The position numbers and the translations under genes are program-made. Below, one piece after another: positions 1-9,087 of a DNA stretch of 64,000 nucleotides (positions within the stretch are counted from its first letter, which is position 1; every line of letters begins with the position of its first letter). The notes under the pieces are model-generated. The model was given only the letters and a program-made list of their open reading frames with translations. It made no database searches and had not been told where the DNA came from. Origin of the DNA: an uncultured Acidimicrobiaceae bacterium (GTDB taxonomy: Bacteria > Actinomycetota > Acidimicrobiia > Acidimicrobiales > RAAP-2); contig CAWDNL010000003.1 in NCBI GenBank assembly GCA_963803745.1, positions 38,379 to 102,378 on the forward strand, written 5' to 3'.

Positions 1-581
1 TTCGACGTCTCGGCGAGCTCGGGTGTACGTATCTTCAGCTCGACGACACGTCACTCGCCTACTTGAATGACCCGGCGCAGCGCCAGATGATCGCCGAGCG
101 GGGCGATGACGCGGAGCACCAACACCTGCGCTACATCAAACAGATCAACGCCGCCCTCGCCGGTCGTCCCGAAGGGATGGCCGTCACCACCCACTCGTGT
201 CGAGGAAACTTCCAGTCCTACTGGGCGGCCGAGGGAGGCTACGACTTCGTGGCCGAGGCACTTTTCAGCGAGCTCAGGGTCGACGGATTCTTTCTCGAAT
301 ACGACGACGAACGCTCCGGTGGCTTCGAACCTCTGCGCTACGTGCCCAAGGGCAAGATGGTCGTCCTCGGACTCGTCACCACCAAACGCGGAGCTCTCGA
401 AACCAAGGACCAACTCAAACGACGCATCGACGAAGCCAGTCAGTTCGTGCCGTTAGACCAGATCTGCCTCTCGCCACAGTGTGGCTTCTCCTCGACGGTG
501 GAGGGCAACAGCATCACGTTCGACGAAGAGGTCGCCAAACTTCGCCTCGTTGTCGAGACGGCCCGCGAGGTCTGGGGTTAA
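1..581 (+). CDS. MetE-like protein (cobalamin-independent methionine synthase family, catalytic domain); 5' end lies outside the window
   Basis: The frame is open from the window edge (codon phase starts at nt 3). Motifs YLQLDD, H-S-C-RGN and LSPQCGFSS fit the Zn-binding MetE/YxjG-like fold. Confidence 0.7.
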   Translation, partial: RRLGELGCTYLQLDDTSLAYLNDPAQRQMIAERGDDAEHQHLRYIKQINAALAGRPEGMAVTTHSCRGNFQSYWAAEGGYDFVAEALFSELRVDGFFLEYDDERSGGFEPLRYVPKGKMVVLGLVTTKRGALETKDQLKRRIDEASQFVPLDQICLSPQCGFSSTVEGNSITFDEEVAKLRLVVETAREVWG

Positions 582-608
582 GTCGACGAGCGGTGACGCG
601 GAATCGGG

Positions 609-1355
609 TTAAATCAGTCCGCCGTCGGCGTAGAGAACCTGGCCATTGATCCAGCGAGCGGGGCCCGCGAGAAACGCAACGATGGCGGCGATGTCCTCGG
701 GCCGGCCCAGTCGACCCAGCGCCGGCATCGAAGCGAGCGTGTCGATGGCTGCCTGGTCCCTGCTCCCCAGAAACATCGGTGTCGCGACGGGACCGGGAGC
801 AACGGTGTTCACCGTGACGTCACGGCCTTTGAGCTCCTTCGCCAGAATCATCGTGATGACATCGACCGCACCCTTCGTCGCCGCGTACGCGGCGTAGGTT
901 GGCACGGCGCGACGGATGACCGAGGTCGAAAAGTTGACGATGGCTCCCCCACTACGCACCTTTCGAACGGCCTGTTGGTCGACGACAAAGGTCCCTCGAA
1001 GATTTACGCGGACAATTTGATCAAAGTCGTCGAGGTCGAGATCCGCCAGCGTCGACAGTTTCAAGATGCCCGCCGTGTGCACGACGACGTCGACTCCTCC
1101 GTATTGCTGCTCGGCCACTTGGAAGAGAGAGGCCATGTCCGCTTCGTCCGCCACGTCGCCACCAGCCGCGATGGCCGATCCACCGGCAGCCGCTATTCCT
1201 GCGACGACTTCCTCGGCGAGACCGCGATTGCTCGAGTAGTGCACGACGACGGGCATGCCGTCGCTGGCCAGTCGTTCGGCGACCGCTCGGCCGATGCCAC
1301 CCGATCCACCGGTCACGATGGCCACCCTTGGTTCTTGCGAACTCGGCGTTGTCAT
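609..1355 (-). CDS. SDR family oxidoreductase (FabG-like)
   Basis: 248 aa with TGGSGGIGRA Rossmann motif, NFST catalytic Ser region and YAATKGA (YxxxK). Confidence 0.85.
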   Translation of the reverse strand: MTTPSSQEPRVAIVTGGSGGIGRAVAERLASDGMPVVVHYSSNRGLAEEVVAGIAAAGGSAIAAGGDVADEADMASLFQVAEQQYGGVDVVVHTAGILKLSTLADLDLDDFDQIVRVNLRGTFVVDQQAVRKVRSGGAIVNFSTSVIRRAVPTYAAYAATKGAVDVITMILAKELKGRDVTVNTVAPGPVATPMFLGSRDQAAIDTLASMPALGRLGRPEDIAAIVAFLAGPARWINGQVLYADGGLI

Positions 1356-1442
1356 ACCATTCTTCCTCTCGCGTTCTGTCGCTTTTTATCTTGCGTACGA
1401 ATGTAGGGGGGCGCGCGTATTTCGAATCGGCAAGTCCGGGCG

Positions 1443-2990
1443 CTATTTCGCGCGGTCGCGCCGACTCTTTGACCACTTCTTGTCGCGTTGGTAAAGACTC
1501 GCCAGTCGCTCAGCCTGATTTCGATAGAGTTCCGCAGTCTTCGGCGAGGGGTGAAATGTTGTGCCCGAAACATTCAACGCGACCTCGTTGAGGGTGCGCC
1601 GTTTTAGCGCTACTGAGGCGAGTAAGGCCACACCACGTAACTGGGCGAGCAGCGGATCGGGCACCTGCACGACGTCTCGACCCAAAGTGTCGGCGTAAAT
1701 CTGACACCAGAGCGTTGATTGCGCTCCCCCGCCGAGGAGATGCACCGGTGAGAGCGTGTGGCGCGTGAATTTCTCCACGTAGGTAAAGAGCCACGCGCTG
1801 TTCGCGGCGACGCCTTCCATCACGGCGCGAATCAGGTCCGCCGAGGACGTCGTAATCGAGAGATTCGTGAATCCCGCGCGCAGTCGTTTGTTGCCGACGG
1901 GCGAACGCTCCCCCACCAGCCACGGGGTGAAGATGGCGCCGTTGGCGCCGGGGGGCGACGTTGCCGCGAGTTCGGTCATCTCTTCGAAACTCCTAACTTC
2001 GCCGCCGCCCGCGAGCACGCCCTGGAGCCATTCCAGCGCTTTGGCACCCGTGTCTTGGGAGTTGATCATCACGTAGGAGTCATTCGTGAGTCCGGGCACC
2101 GAGGCGATGGAGTGCGTGATGTCCGTCTTCTTTGTCGGTACCGGACAGCTGATCCACGACGTAGTCGAGAGCGCGAGGTGCGTGTCGTAGAGCGCGGTGG
2201 CGCCTGAACCGATGGCGGCGGCGTGCAAATCCGGCACGCCAGTGATGACGACGGTGTCGCTTGTTAGTCCCAGGTTCGAAGCGACCTCGGGCGCGATCGC
2301 GCCCACGACCGAGCCGAAGGGCACCAGAGGCGGAAGATACGACGTGTCAATGCCGACGAGTGAGGCGAGGTGGGCGTCGTAGTCGTATCGATCGAGGTGG
2401 CGGTTATCGGTCATCCACATCGCGAGTCGCGACGCGTGCGTGGCTGAGGCGACGCCGCTAAAGCGCATGGTCAGATAGTCGACGGGCTCCATGAACCACC
2501 TCGTTCGTGCCACCCCGTCGGGTTGTTCATGAGTCAGGTACAGCACCTGTCCTACCGGGTCGGCCCCCGTGGGAGAGGGACCACCACCGGTCTTTCGCAT
2601 GAACTGCAGTGCCTTTCTGGCGTTGTAGCCCTGGAAGGATCCACCGATCGCCGGGCGCGAGTAACGCCCTCCCCTCGTGTCGAGCCACGTGAGGCACCGT
2701 CCCGTGGGCACGCCGTTCGCATCGACCGGCACCGTGGAGGCGTACTGGCCGGTGACGGCCACGGCCCGCACCCGAGGGGCACCCTCGGCGCCGTCGAGCA
2801 GACGCTTCGACGCGTCCAGAATCAACGTCCACCACTCTTCGGCGTCCTGGGTCGCTTCACCGTCGCTGGCGTAACGGGTCGTGACGTGGTGCACTTCGTG
2901 GGCCAGCACGTCGCCATCCAACGTGACAAGGGCGACCTTGGGCCCGCCGGTCCCGAGGTCGATGCAGAGAGCGACCTCCGCTTCGATCAC
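1443..2990 (-). CDS. FGGY-family carbohydrate kinase (xylulokinase/gluconokinase-like)
   Basis: 515 aa. N-terminal IDLGTGGPK actin-fold phosphate-1 motif and C-terminal GGGAQS motif. The GTG start overlaps the upstream stop as GTGA (2987-2990). Confidence 0.85.
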   Translation of the reverse strand: MIEAEVALCIDLGTGGPKVALVTLDGDVLAHEVHHVTTRYASDGEATQDAEEWWTLILDASKRLLDGAEGAPRVRAVAVTGQYASTVPVDANGVPTGRCLTWLDTRGGRYSRPAIGGSFQGYNARKALQFMRKTGGGPSPTGADPVGQVLYLTHEQPDGVARTRWFMEPVDYLTMRFSGVASATHASRLAMWMTDNRHLDRYDYDAHLASLVGIDTSYLPPLVPFGSVVGAIAPEVASNLGLTSDTVVITGVPDLHAAAIGSGATALYDTHLALSTTSWISCPVPTKKTDITHSIASVPGLTNDSYVMINSQDTGAKALEWLQGVLAGGGEVRSFEEMTELAATSPPGANGAIFTPWLVGERSPVGNKRLRAGFTNLSITTSSADLIRAVMEGVAANSAWLFTYVEKFTRHTLSPVHLLGGGAQSTLWCQIYADTLGRDVVQVPDPLLAQLRGVALLASVALKRRTLNEVALNVSGTTFHPSPKTAELYRNQAERLASLYQRDKKWSKSRRDRAK

Positions 2991-4366
2991 GGTGCCGGCA
3001 CGGAAGACTGATTGTCCATCATGTCGGCCATGACGCCCTTGATGAAGACGTCGGCGTCGTCGCTCGGCCCACCGGCCACGCCGCCGTAGATCGCGCCCGA
3101 CTTCGCCGGCTCGTCCTCGTGTTGAGTCGCATACTCGACCGCATCAGCGAGGTCCTTCTCCCACTTCTCCGCTACGCCGGGTTGTGTTTGAGGACGCGTG
3201 ACCGCCATGTGCAGCGCGTTGGGGTACTGCTGACCGTTGAGTCGCCACCCGCGAGTTCGGAGGAAATCATTTACCAAATAGACATCGAACTCATCTGAGG
3301 TAAAGGAGAAGAGAAAGGACGGCTTGCCGAGTATTCGCAGCGACGGGTGGCTTTGTACGGCCGCTTGCATGGTGGCGGACGTGGAGAAGATCTGCTCCGC
3401 GTAGTTGCGATAGCCCGAACGGCCCAAGTGCACCATGGCGGCCCAGGTCGCCGCCAGAAGGCCAGCCGAGCGCGAACCGTCCATGCCCGGCGAGCAGTAC
3501 TTGCCACCCGACCAGTCGGTCAAGTAGAAGTACTGGTCGTTGCGCATGGCCTTGTCGGCGAAGCACAGCACGCTCGTGCCCTTCAGCGCATAGCCGTACT
3601 TATGGGTGTCGGCGGAGATGGTGGTCACCCCGGGCACCGCGAAGTCGAAGGGTGCGATGTCGTAGCCGAGCTCGCGGCCGAAGGGCAGGATGAAGCCACC
3701 GAGACAGCCGTCCACGTGCAGCCCGATCTCGTGTTCGAGAGCGAGCGCGCCGAGTTCGCCAATGGGATCGATCGTGCCGTAGCCGTAGTTGCAGGCCGAG
3801 CCAATGAGGGCGACGGTGTTGTCGTCGATGTGTGACATCACCCACTCCAGGTCCACCTGAGTGGTCGTGGGGTCGACCGGAGCGACTCTCATCTCCACGC
3901 CGAAGAGGTGGCCCGCTTTGGCGAAGGCCGGGTGCGCCGTCTCAGGCTTGATGATGTTGGGTCGACCGGTCCTTGGGTAGTGCTCACGGTACGCGAGGAC
4001 GGCGTGCGCAATAGAACCGGATCCACCGGAGGTGACGAGGCCGGCGGGTGTGGAGTCTGTGAGCGCTCCCGCTCCCAAGAGGTCGAGCGTCATGGCGATG
4101 ACCTCGGCCTCGAACTTGGTCGAACTAGGGCACATGTCGCGCTGAAGAGAGTTGACGTAGGAGAAGTTGGAGAAGGCCTCATTCAGAAAGTCATAGTGAT
4201 CGTGATCACCGCAGTACATGGTGCCGGAGCACTGACCGCCTTCCCATACGGGGTTCTCCGCCTTGGACATCGTCGAGAGAACCTCGAGCACTTCGTCTTT
4301 GTCGGTGCCCTCTTCGGGGAGTGTTCGGTGAATCTCGAACTGCCCCTCGTACGGAAACCCAGCCAT
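2987..4366 (-). CDS. PLP-dependent enzyme of the sphingosine-1-phosphate lyase / group II decarboxylase family
   Basis: ISADTHKYGYALKGTS matches the SPL-type PLP-lysine motif (SADxHKYGxAxKG). I prefer the ATG at 4366 over the ORF-track start at 4381 because AGGAG lies 6-10 nt upstream of it. Confidence 0.85.
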   Translation of the reverse strand: MAGFPYEGQFEIHRTLPEEGTDKDEVLEVLSTMSKAENPVWEGGQCSGTMYCGDHDHYDFLNEAFSNFSYVNSLQRDMCPSSTKFEAEVIAMTLDLLGAGALTDSTPAGLVTSGGSGSIAHAVLAYREHYPRTGRPNIIKPETAHPAFAKAGHLFGVEMRVAPVDPTTTQVDLEWVMSHIDDNTVALIGSACNYGYGTIDPIGELGALALEHEIGLHVDGCLGGFILPFGRELGYDIAPFDFAVPGVTTISADTHKYGYALKGTSVLCFADKAMRNDQYFYLTDWSGGKYCSPGMDGSRSAGLLAATWAAMVHLGRSGYRNYAEQIFSTSATMQAAVQSHPSLRILGKPSFLFSFTSDEFDVYLVNDFLRTRGWRLNGQQYPNALHMAVTRPQTQPGVAEKWEKDLADAVEYATQHEDEPAKSGAIYGGVAGGPSDDADVFIKGVMADMMDNQSSVPAP

Positions 4367-4469
4367 ATTTACTCTCCTCATGCGTGCTACATAGAGAGTA
4401 AGCGACGGTTTCGGCCCTCCGTTAACGTGCGCTCATGTAGACGAAGCGTGTCTAGGGGAGGAGATTTCA

Positions 4470-5360
4470 ATGTCGACGCTGACTTCCACGCGACCCACGA
4501 TCGCCGTTCTTGGCGTGGGGGAAATGGGCACGCCGATGGCCGCCCGATTGCTCGACGCCGGCTTCGAGGTGCGACTCTGGAGCCGACCGCCCGGACCGCC
4601 CGCAGCACTCGTCGAGGCCGGAGCGAGCGTCGGCGCCACACCCGCTGACGCCGTGCAGGGCTCTCACTTCGTGTTGACCATGCTGCCCGATGGCCCCATC
4701 GTGCAAGAAGTGATGTCCGGTAAAGGCGGCGCCCTCACCACCATTGACTCAGACGTTACGTGGTTGCAGATGAGCTCCGTCGGCGTCGTGTGGGCGGAGA
4801 AGCTGGGCACTCTGGCGGCCAAGCACGGCGTTACTTACGTGGACGCACCGGTCTCCGGAAGCACCGGACCGGCCAAATCGGGGACCTTGATCATCCTCGC
4901 CAGTGGTCCCGACGAATCGCACGACGTTGTGGCGCCCGTATTCGACGCTCTCGGCAAGGAGACCGTATGGCTCGGCGCCGCAGGCAGCGGCTCCAAAGCG
5001 AAGTTGGTGCTGAACAACTGGCTAGTCGATCTCATCGAAATGACCGCCGAGACAGTGCACTTCAGCGCGGGACTCGGCCTCGATCCGCTCGTCGTCGTGA
5101 AACTGCTCGAGGACGCCCCCATCGGCTCGCCATACGCGGTGGCGAAAGCTCGAAGCATGCTGAGCGGCGACTTCACGTCCCAATTCGCACTCCGGCTCGC
5201 ACTTAAAGATGCGAAACTCTCACTCGAAGCGGCGCGGGCCGCAAACGTGGAACTTCGATTGACCGAGAGCCTCATCGAGTCGTGGCAGCGCGTCGTCGAC
5301 AACGGGCGTGGCAATGACGACGTGTCGGTCGTATTCGCCGAAGAGGGAGTCTCTCGATAG
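4470..5360 (+). CDS. NAD(P)-dependent oxidoreductase, 3-hydroxyisobutyrate / 6-phosphogluconate dehydrogenase-like family
   Basis: 296 aa. N-terminal IAVLGVGEMGTPMAARL dinucleotide-binding motif and GAAGSGSKAKLVLN motif. GGAGGAG Shine-Dalgarno (SD) sequence upstream. Confidence 0.85.
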   Translation: MSTLTSTRPTIAVLGVGEMGTPMAARLLDAGFEVRLWSRPPGPPAALVEAGASVGATPADAVQGSHFVLTMLPDGPIVQEVMSGKGGALTTIDSDVTWLQMSSVGVVWAEKLGTLAAKHGVTYVDAPVSGSTGPAKSGTLIILASGPDESHDVVAPVFDALGKETVWLGAAGSGSKAKLVLNNWLVDLIEMTAETVHFSAGLGLDPLVVVKLLEDAPIGSPYAVAKARSMLSGDFTSQFALRLALKDAKLSLEAARAANVELRLTESLIESWQRVVDNGRGNDDVSVVFAEEGVSR

Positions 5361-5394
5361 CTCGGGCAGCCTTTGGCGTGGTGCGTAATTTCGC

Positions 5395-5922
5395 TCAGGT
5401 GGCGGGCGCCATCACCAAACAGCTCGTGGTAGCGGTCGCAACTACTTTGCCGGCACCGTCGACGATCTCGGCGCTGGCGAAGGCCACGCGACGCCCGGGC
5501 TTCGTCACCGTTCCCGTCGCTCGAAGAGTCCCCGAGTCCACCGTGACTGCTCGAAGGTAACTGACGTTGAGGTCAATGGACGTGTACGTGAAGCCCACGT
5601 CGAGCGTCGTCTGCACGGCGCAGGCGCTCACGGTATCGGCAAGGGTGCACACCAGTCCCCCATGAACGACACCGATGGGGTTGTAGACAGACTCATCGGG
5701 TTCGCACTCGAATACCACGGTCCCCGGCTCGACCTCCATCATGCGCATTCCCATCAGCACGGCAAAGGGCGGCGGAGGCAACTTTCCGTCGCGTATCGCC
5801 CGCAGGAACTCGATGCCACTCATCGTGGAGACGACCGACGCACTGATCATCGGGTCCTGCCACTCGACGAGTCTGCTCCTTGGCGGCGTTGCGGGCACTT
5901 CATCTCCCTTCGAGAGTGGCAC
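5395..5922 (-). CDS. PaaI-family hotdog-fold thioesterase
   Basis: 175 aa. The NPIGVVHGGLVCTLADT motif is typical of PaaI/YdiI thioesterases. Confidence 0.8.
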   Translation of the reverse strand: MPLSKGDEVPATPPRSRLVEWQDPMISASVVSTMSGIEFLRAIRDGKLPPPPFAVLMGMRMMEVEPGTVVFECEPDESVYNPIGVVHGGLVCTLADTVSACAVQTTLDVGFTYTSIDLNVSYLRAVTVDSGTLRATGTVTKPGRRVAFASAEIVDGAGKVVATATTSCLVMAPAT

Positions 5923-5931
5923 TCTGCGACT

Positions 5932-6384
5932 TCAGACGGGGTACGCGACAGTTCGAACGATCGCGACGTCGCCCGCGTTGACTTCAACGCCTCGTTCGTC
6001 GATGAAGCCGACGTGCAACGCTTCATCGGTACCCTTTCGACGACGAGCCATCGTGGGTCCTCCCTCGCGCGGCAAATGATCGTCGCCCCACTGCTGCAAG
6101 GCGGACAACACGACCAACAACTCTTCGCCCGCCACCGTCAGATGGTAAGCATCCCGTGACCTGGCTCCTGGCTCTCGATAGCGGCGTCGTTCCAGGACCC
6201 CGAAATCGACGAGCGTATTGAGTCGATCAGCCAAGATGTCGGGGGCAACGCGAAGACTGCTCCGGAACTGATCGAAACGAGTAACGCCGCTCAAGGCTTC
6301 ACGCAAAATAAGGATTGTCCATCGCTCGCCCAAGACGTCAAGGCTTCTTTGGATTGAGCAGTACGGGCTCAGTTTCGTCACCAT
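5932..6384 (-). CDS. HxlR-family winged-helix transcriptional regulator
   Basis: 150 aa. CSIQRSLDVLGERWTILILREA is the canonical HxlR N-terminal signature. Confidence 0.85.
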   Translation of the reverse strand: MVTKLSPYCSIQRSLDVLGERWTILILREALSGVTRFDQFRSSLRVAPDILADRLNTLVDFGVLERRRYREPGARSRDAYHLTVAGEELLVVLSALQQWGDDHLPREGGPTMARRRKGTDEALHVGFIDERGVEVNAGDVAIVRTVAYPV

Positions 6385-6426
6385 GGACTCATGCTACACC
6401 TGAGTTGCTCTTTCCAAGCCAGCATG

Positions 6427-6449
6427 CTAGGTTCGGAATTCCAACCTAG
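6427..6449. promoter_or_regulatory. Near-perfect 23-bp palindrome (candidate HxlR operator)
   Basis: CTAGGTT-c-GGAATTCC-AACCTAG. The 7-nt arms are exact reverse complements and flank an 8-nt palindromic core. It abuts the SD/start of the divergent SDR gene. CATGCTA is also repeated at 6390 and 6423. Confidence 0.4.
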
Positions 6450-6458
6450 GAGACGAGC

Positions 6459-7143
6459 ATGAACATCGACGGATGCACGGCGTTAGTCACGGGCGCGAAT
6501 CGCGGGCTGGGCCGACATCTCGCTGAACAACTGCGCGATCGCGGTGCCCACGTCTACGCGACAGCTCGCAACCCGGACTCAATTGAACTGGCAGGAGTGA
6601 TGCCACTCGCCCTCGACATCACCGACGCGACGTCGATTTCCGACGTCGCGCGTCGTACCGGCGACGTATCGCTCCTCATCAACAACGCGGGTTCATCTAC
6701 CGGTGCGGGACCATTGACGGGGCCACTCGAAGATATTCATCTCGAGATGGACACGCACTACTTTGGTACGTTGCTCATGGCGCGTGCCTTCGCTCCCCAG
6801 CTCGCGACGCACGACGAGAGCGCGATGCTCAACGTCCACTCGGTGCTCTCGTGGCTTCGGTGCGTACTGCGCCGCCAAGTCAGCGGAGTGGTCACTCACC
6901 AACAGCCTGCGCCAGGAACTCTTCGAGCAGGGCACCAGGGTGAGCTCTTTACACGTGGGCTATATGGACACGGACATGGCCCGCAGCATTACTGACGCCA
7001 AGAGCGACCCGGCGGACGTGGCGAGAATCGCCCTCAACGGTATTGAAGCGGGTGAAGTGGAGATTCTCGCCGACGACGTCAGTCGGATGGTGCTCGCCGG
7101 CCTCTCGGGCGGCGTCGCGGCGTGGTACCCAATGGTCTCCTAA
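6459..7143 (+). pseudogene. SDR family oxidoreductase interrupted by a frameshift near 6852-6858
   Basis: Frame 0 (6459-6995) gives TGANRGLG...NVHSVLSW and then nonsense. Frame +1 (from about 6856 to 7143) continues FGAYCAAKSAEWSLTNSLRQEL...HVGYMDTDM, which is the YxxxK half of the same SDR. Confidence 0.7.
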
Positions 7144-7173
7144 GCGAGACGCCGAGACAGCGTCCACTGCGCT

Positions 7174-8022
7174 TTACGCAGCGGTGGTCGTGCGAAAGCG
7201 TCGCAACGCCAGCGGAATACAGATGGTCATAATGAGCAGGCACCAGAAGACCATGGATATCACCGGGTGAGTGAGCTGCCACGAACCGGTCGAATGCGTG
7301 CCCTGGCTGAGGTAGCGCACTGAGGCGACGAGCGAGGACAGCGGGTCCCACTCGCCGATAACACGCGGGACTAGTTTCATTCCCGAAATGGGAACGAAGG
7401 CACCGGCGAGAAAGGACAAGGGGAAGACAATGGCGAAGCCGATGCCCTGCATGGCGTCGGAGCTTTTCACGATCATTCCCATGAGAACGCCGAACCACGT
7501 AAACGCGGTGAGGCCTAAGAGGATCAAACCGACGAGCTCAAAGCCAGAGACAATCGTCAAATGTGGTCGCCACCCGAGTCCGATACCCATCGCCGCGACG
7601 ATGACCATGCCGAGAATCTGCTCCAAGATTTGGCCGATCACTTGGGCGGAAATGACCGACAGTCGCGTGACGGGGAGGGATCTGAAACGATCGACCACCC
7701 CGCTCGTGAAGTCAAGCGATGTGGCGACGCCCGCACCGATCACACCGAAGGCGAGGCTTTGCCCGATGAGTCCCGGCAGTAAATAGTTCTGGTAGGTCAT
7801 GCCGGTGATGTGAATCGCGGAACCGAAGACGTAGAGGAATAAGAGTGTGAAGACGATGGGCTGGATCGTCACGTCACTGAGGCGCGAGGGCACGCGAGGA
7901 ATGGTCCGTAGTCCCCTGCCGATAAGAAGGCCCGTTTCTCGCAGATAACGAGCAAATCGATTCGGCCGTGCGGGCAGTGCCTCGTAGGTGGAAGGTGTCG
8001 CCTCGATTAATAGTGCAGTCAT
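7174..8022 (-). CDS. ABC-2 type transporter permease (DrrB-like)
   Basis: 282 aa with about 6 hydrophobic segments. Its start overlaps the stop of the upstream ATPase by 4 nt. Confidence 0.85.
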   Translation of the reverse strand: MTALLIEATPSTYEALPARPNRFARYLRETGLLIGRGLRTIPRVPSRLSDVTIQPIVFTLLFLYVFGSAIHITGMTYQNYLLPGLIGQSLAFGVIGAGVATSLDFTSGVVDRFRSLPVTRLSVISAQVIGQILEQILGMVIVAAMGIGLGWRPHLTIVSGFELVGLILLGLTAFTWFGVLMGMIVKSSDAMQGIGFAIVFPLSFLAGAFVPISGMKLVPRVIGEWDPLSSLVASVRYLSQGTHSTGSWQLTHPVISMVFWCLLIMTICIPLALRRFRTTTAA

Positions 8023-9002
8023 TGCAGTACTCCTTCGAGTTCGTTGTTATCAATCGGTGAGTCGAGTGGCTGACCAGTGAAGGCTAGGAACGCGTCGTCC
8101 AGCGTCGGGCGACGCAGAGCAATTTCGTCGACCTCGACGTGGAGGTCGCGAATAGCGCTCGCGACCACGGCGAGATCGTTTACATCGTTCGGCGCGGGAA
8201 TCGAGACCATGCGCTGCTCGCGCGAGGTCGTGAGTTCGAACTTCGAGGACAGCCCACTAACCAATCGTTCGAGTCCAGCGCCGTCGGCTGCAATAACGTC
8301 CACGCGCTGGTCCCCGATGCGCGCTTTTAAGTCGTTCGCCGTTCCCGCGGCGGTCGCGCGACCATGGTCGATGAGCACGATGTAGTCGGCCAGCGCATCG
8401 GCCTCCTCTAAGTACTGCGTCGTAAGAAAGAGCGTGACTCCCGAGGCGACAAGCTCTCGAATCGTGGTCCACACGACTTGGCGGCTTCGCGGGTCCAGAC
8501 CGGTCGTGGGCTCGTCGAGGATCAGGACCTGCGGCTGGACGACGAGGCTCGCCGCTAAGTCGACGCGACGACGTTGACCGCCCGAGACTGACTTGACGAG
8601 CTTGTCGCGGAACTCACCGATATCGAATCGCTCGATGAGATTCTCGGTGACGCGCGTGGCGGACTTGCGTGAGTAGCCACGCAGCCGCGCCATCAACATG
8701 AGGTTCTCCGTCGCCGTGAGATTGTCTTCCAACGCCGCGAACTGTCCCGTCAGCGACAGCACGCTGCGAACCGCGTCGGGCTCTTTCACCACGTCGTGCC
8801 CGCACACGGTGGCCGTGCCGCTCGTCGGCTCTATGAGGGTCGCGAGCATGCGCACGATGGTGGTCTTACCCGCGCCGTTGGGCCCGAGCAGCGAGACGAT
8901 GGAACCGGATGAAACTTCCAGGTTGAAATCATCAACCGCGGTGAACTCACCGAAGGTCTTCGTGAGGCCGTCGGTGACGACGACCAGTTCGTTAGTTGAC
9001 AT
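8019..9002 (-). CDS. ABC transporter ATP-binding protein (DrrA/daunorubicin-resistance-like)
   Basis: GPNGAGKTT (Walker A), VSGGQRRRVDLA (signature), LILDEPTTGLD (Walker B), plus the DrrA-type C-terminal domain. Confidence 0.9.
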   Translation of the reverse strand: MSTNELVVVTDGLTKTFGEFTAVDDFNLEVSSGSIVSLLGPNGAGKTTIVRMLATLIEPTSGTATVCGHDVVKEPDAVRSVLSLTGQFAALEDNLTATENLMLMARLRGYSRKSATRVTENLIERFDIGEFRDKLVKSVSGGQRRRVDLAASLVVQPQVLILDEPTTGLDPRSRQVVWTTIRELVASGVTLFLTTQYLEEADALADYIVLIDHGRATAAGTANDLKARIGDQRVDVIAADGAGLERLVSGLSSKFELTTSREQRMVSIPAPNDVNDLAVVASAIRDLHVEVDEIALRRPTLDDAFLAFTGQPLDSPIDNNELEGVLQ

Positions 9003-9034
9003 GGGACTCCCTTCCGCAGTGAATAGTACAGTAA

Positions 9035-9063
9035 CTAAAAAGATTTAGCAACTAGAAATTTAG
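9035..9063. promoter_or_regulatory. Two adjacent imperfect palindromic boxes (candidate TetR operators)
   Basis: CTAAAaagaTTTAG (9035-9048) and CTAgAAATTTAG (9052-9063) sit in an unusually AT-rich 85-bp divergent intergenic region between the ABC operon and the TetR gene. Confidence 0.3.
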
Positions 9064-9087
9064 TGAATTTCGCGTTACACTTGAGTT

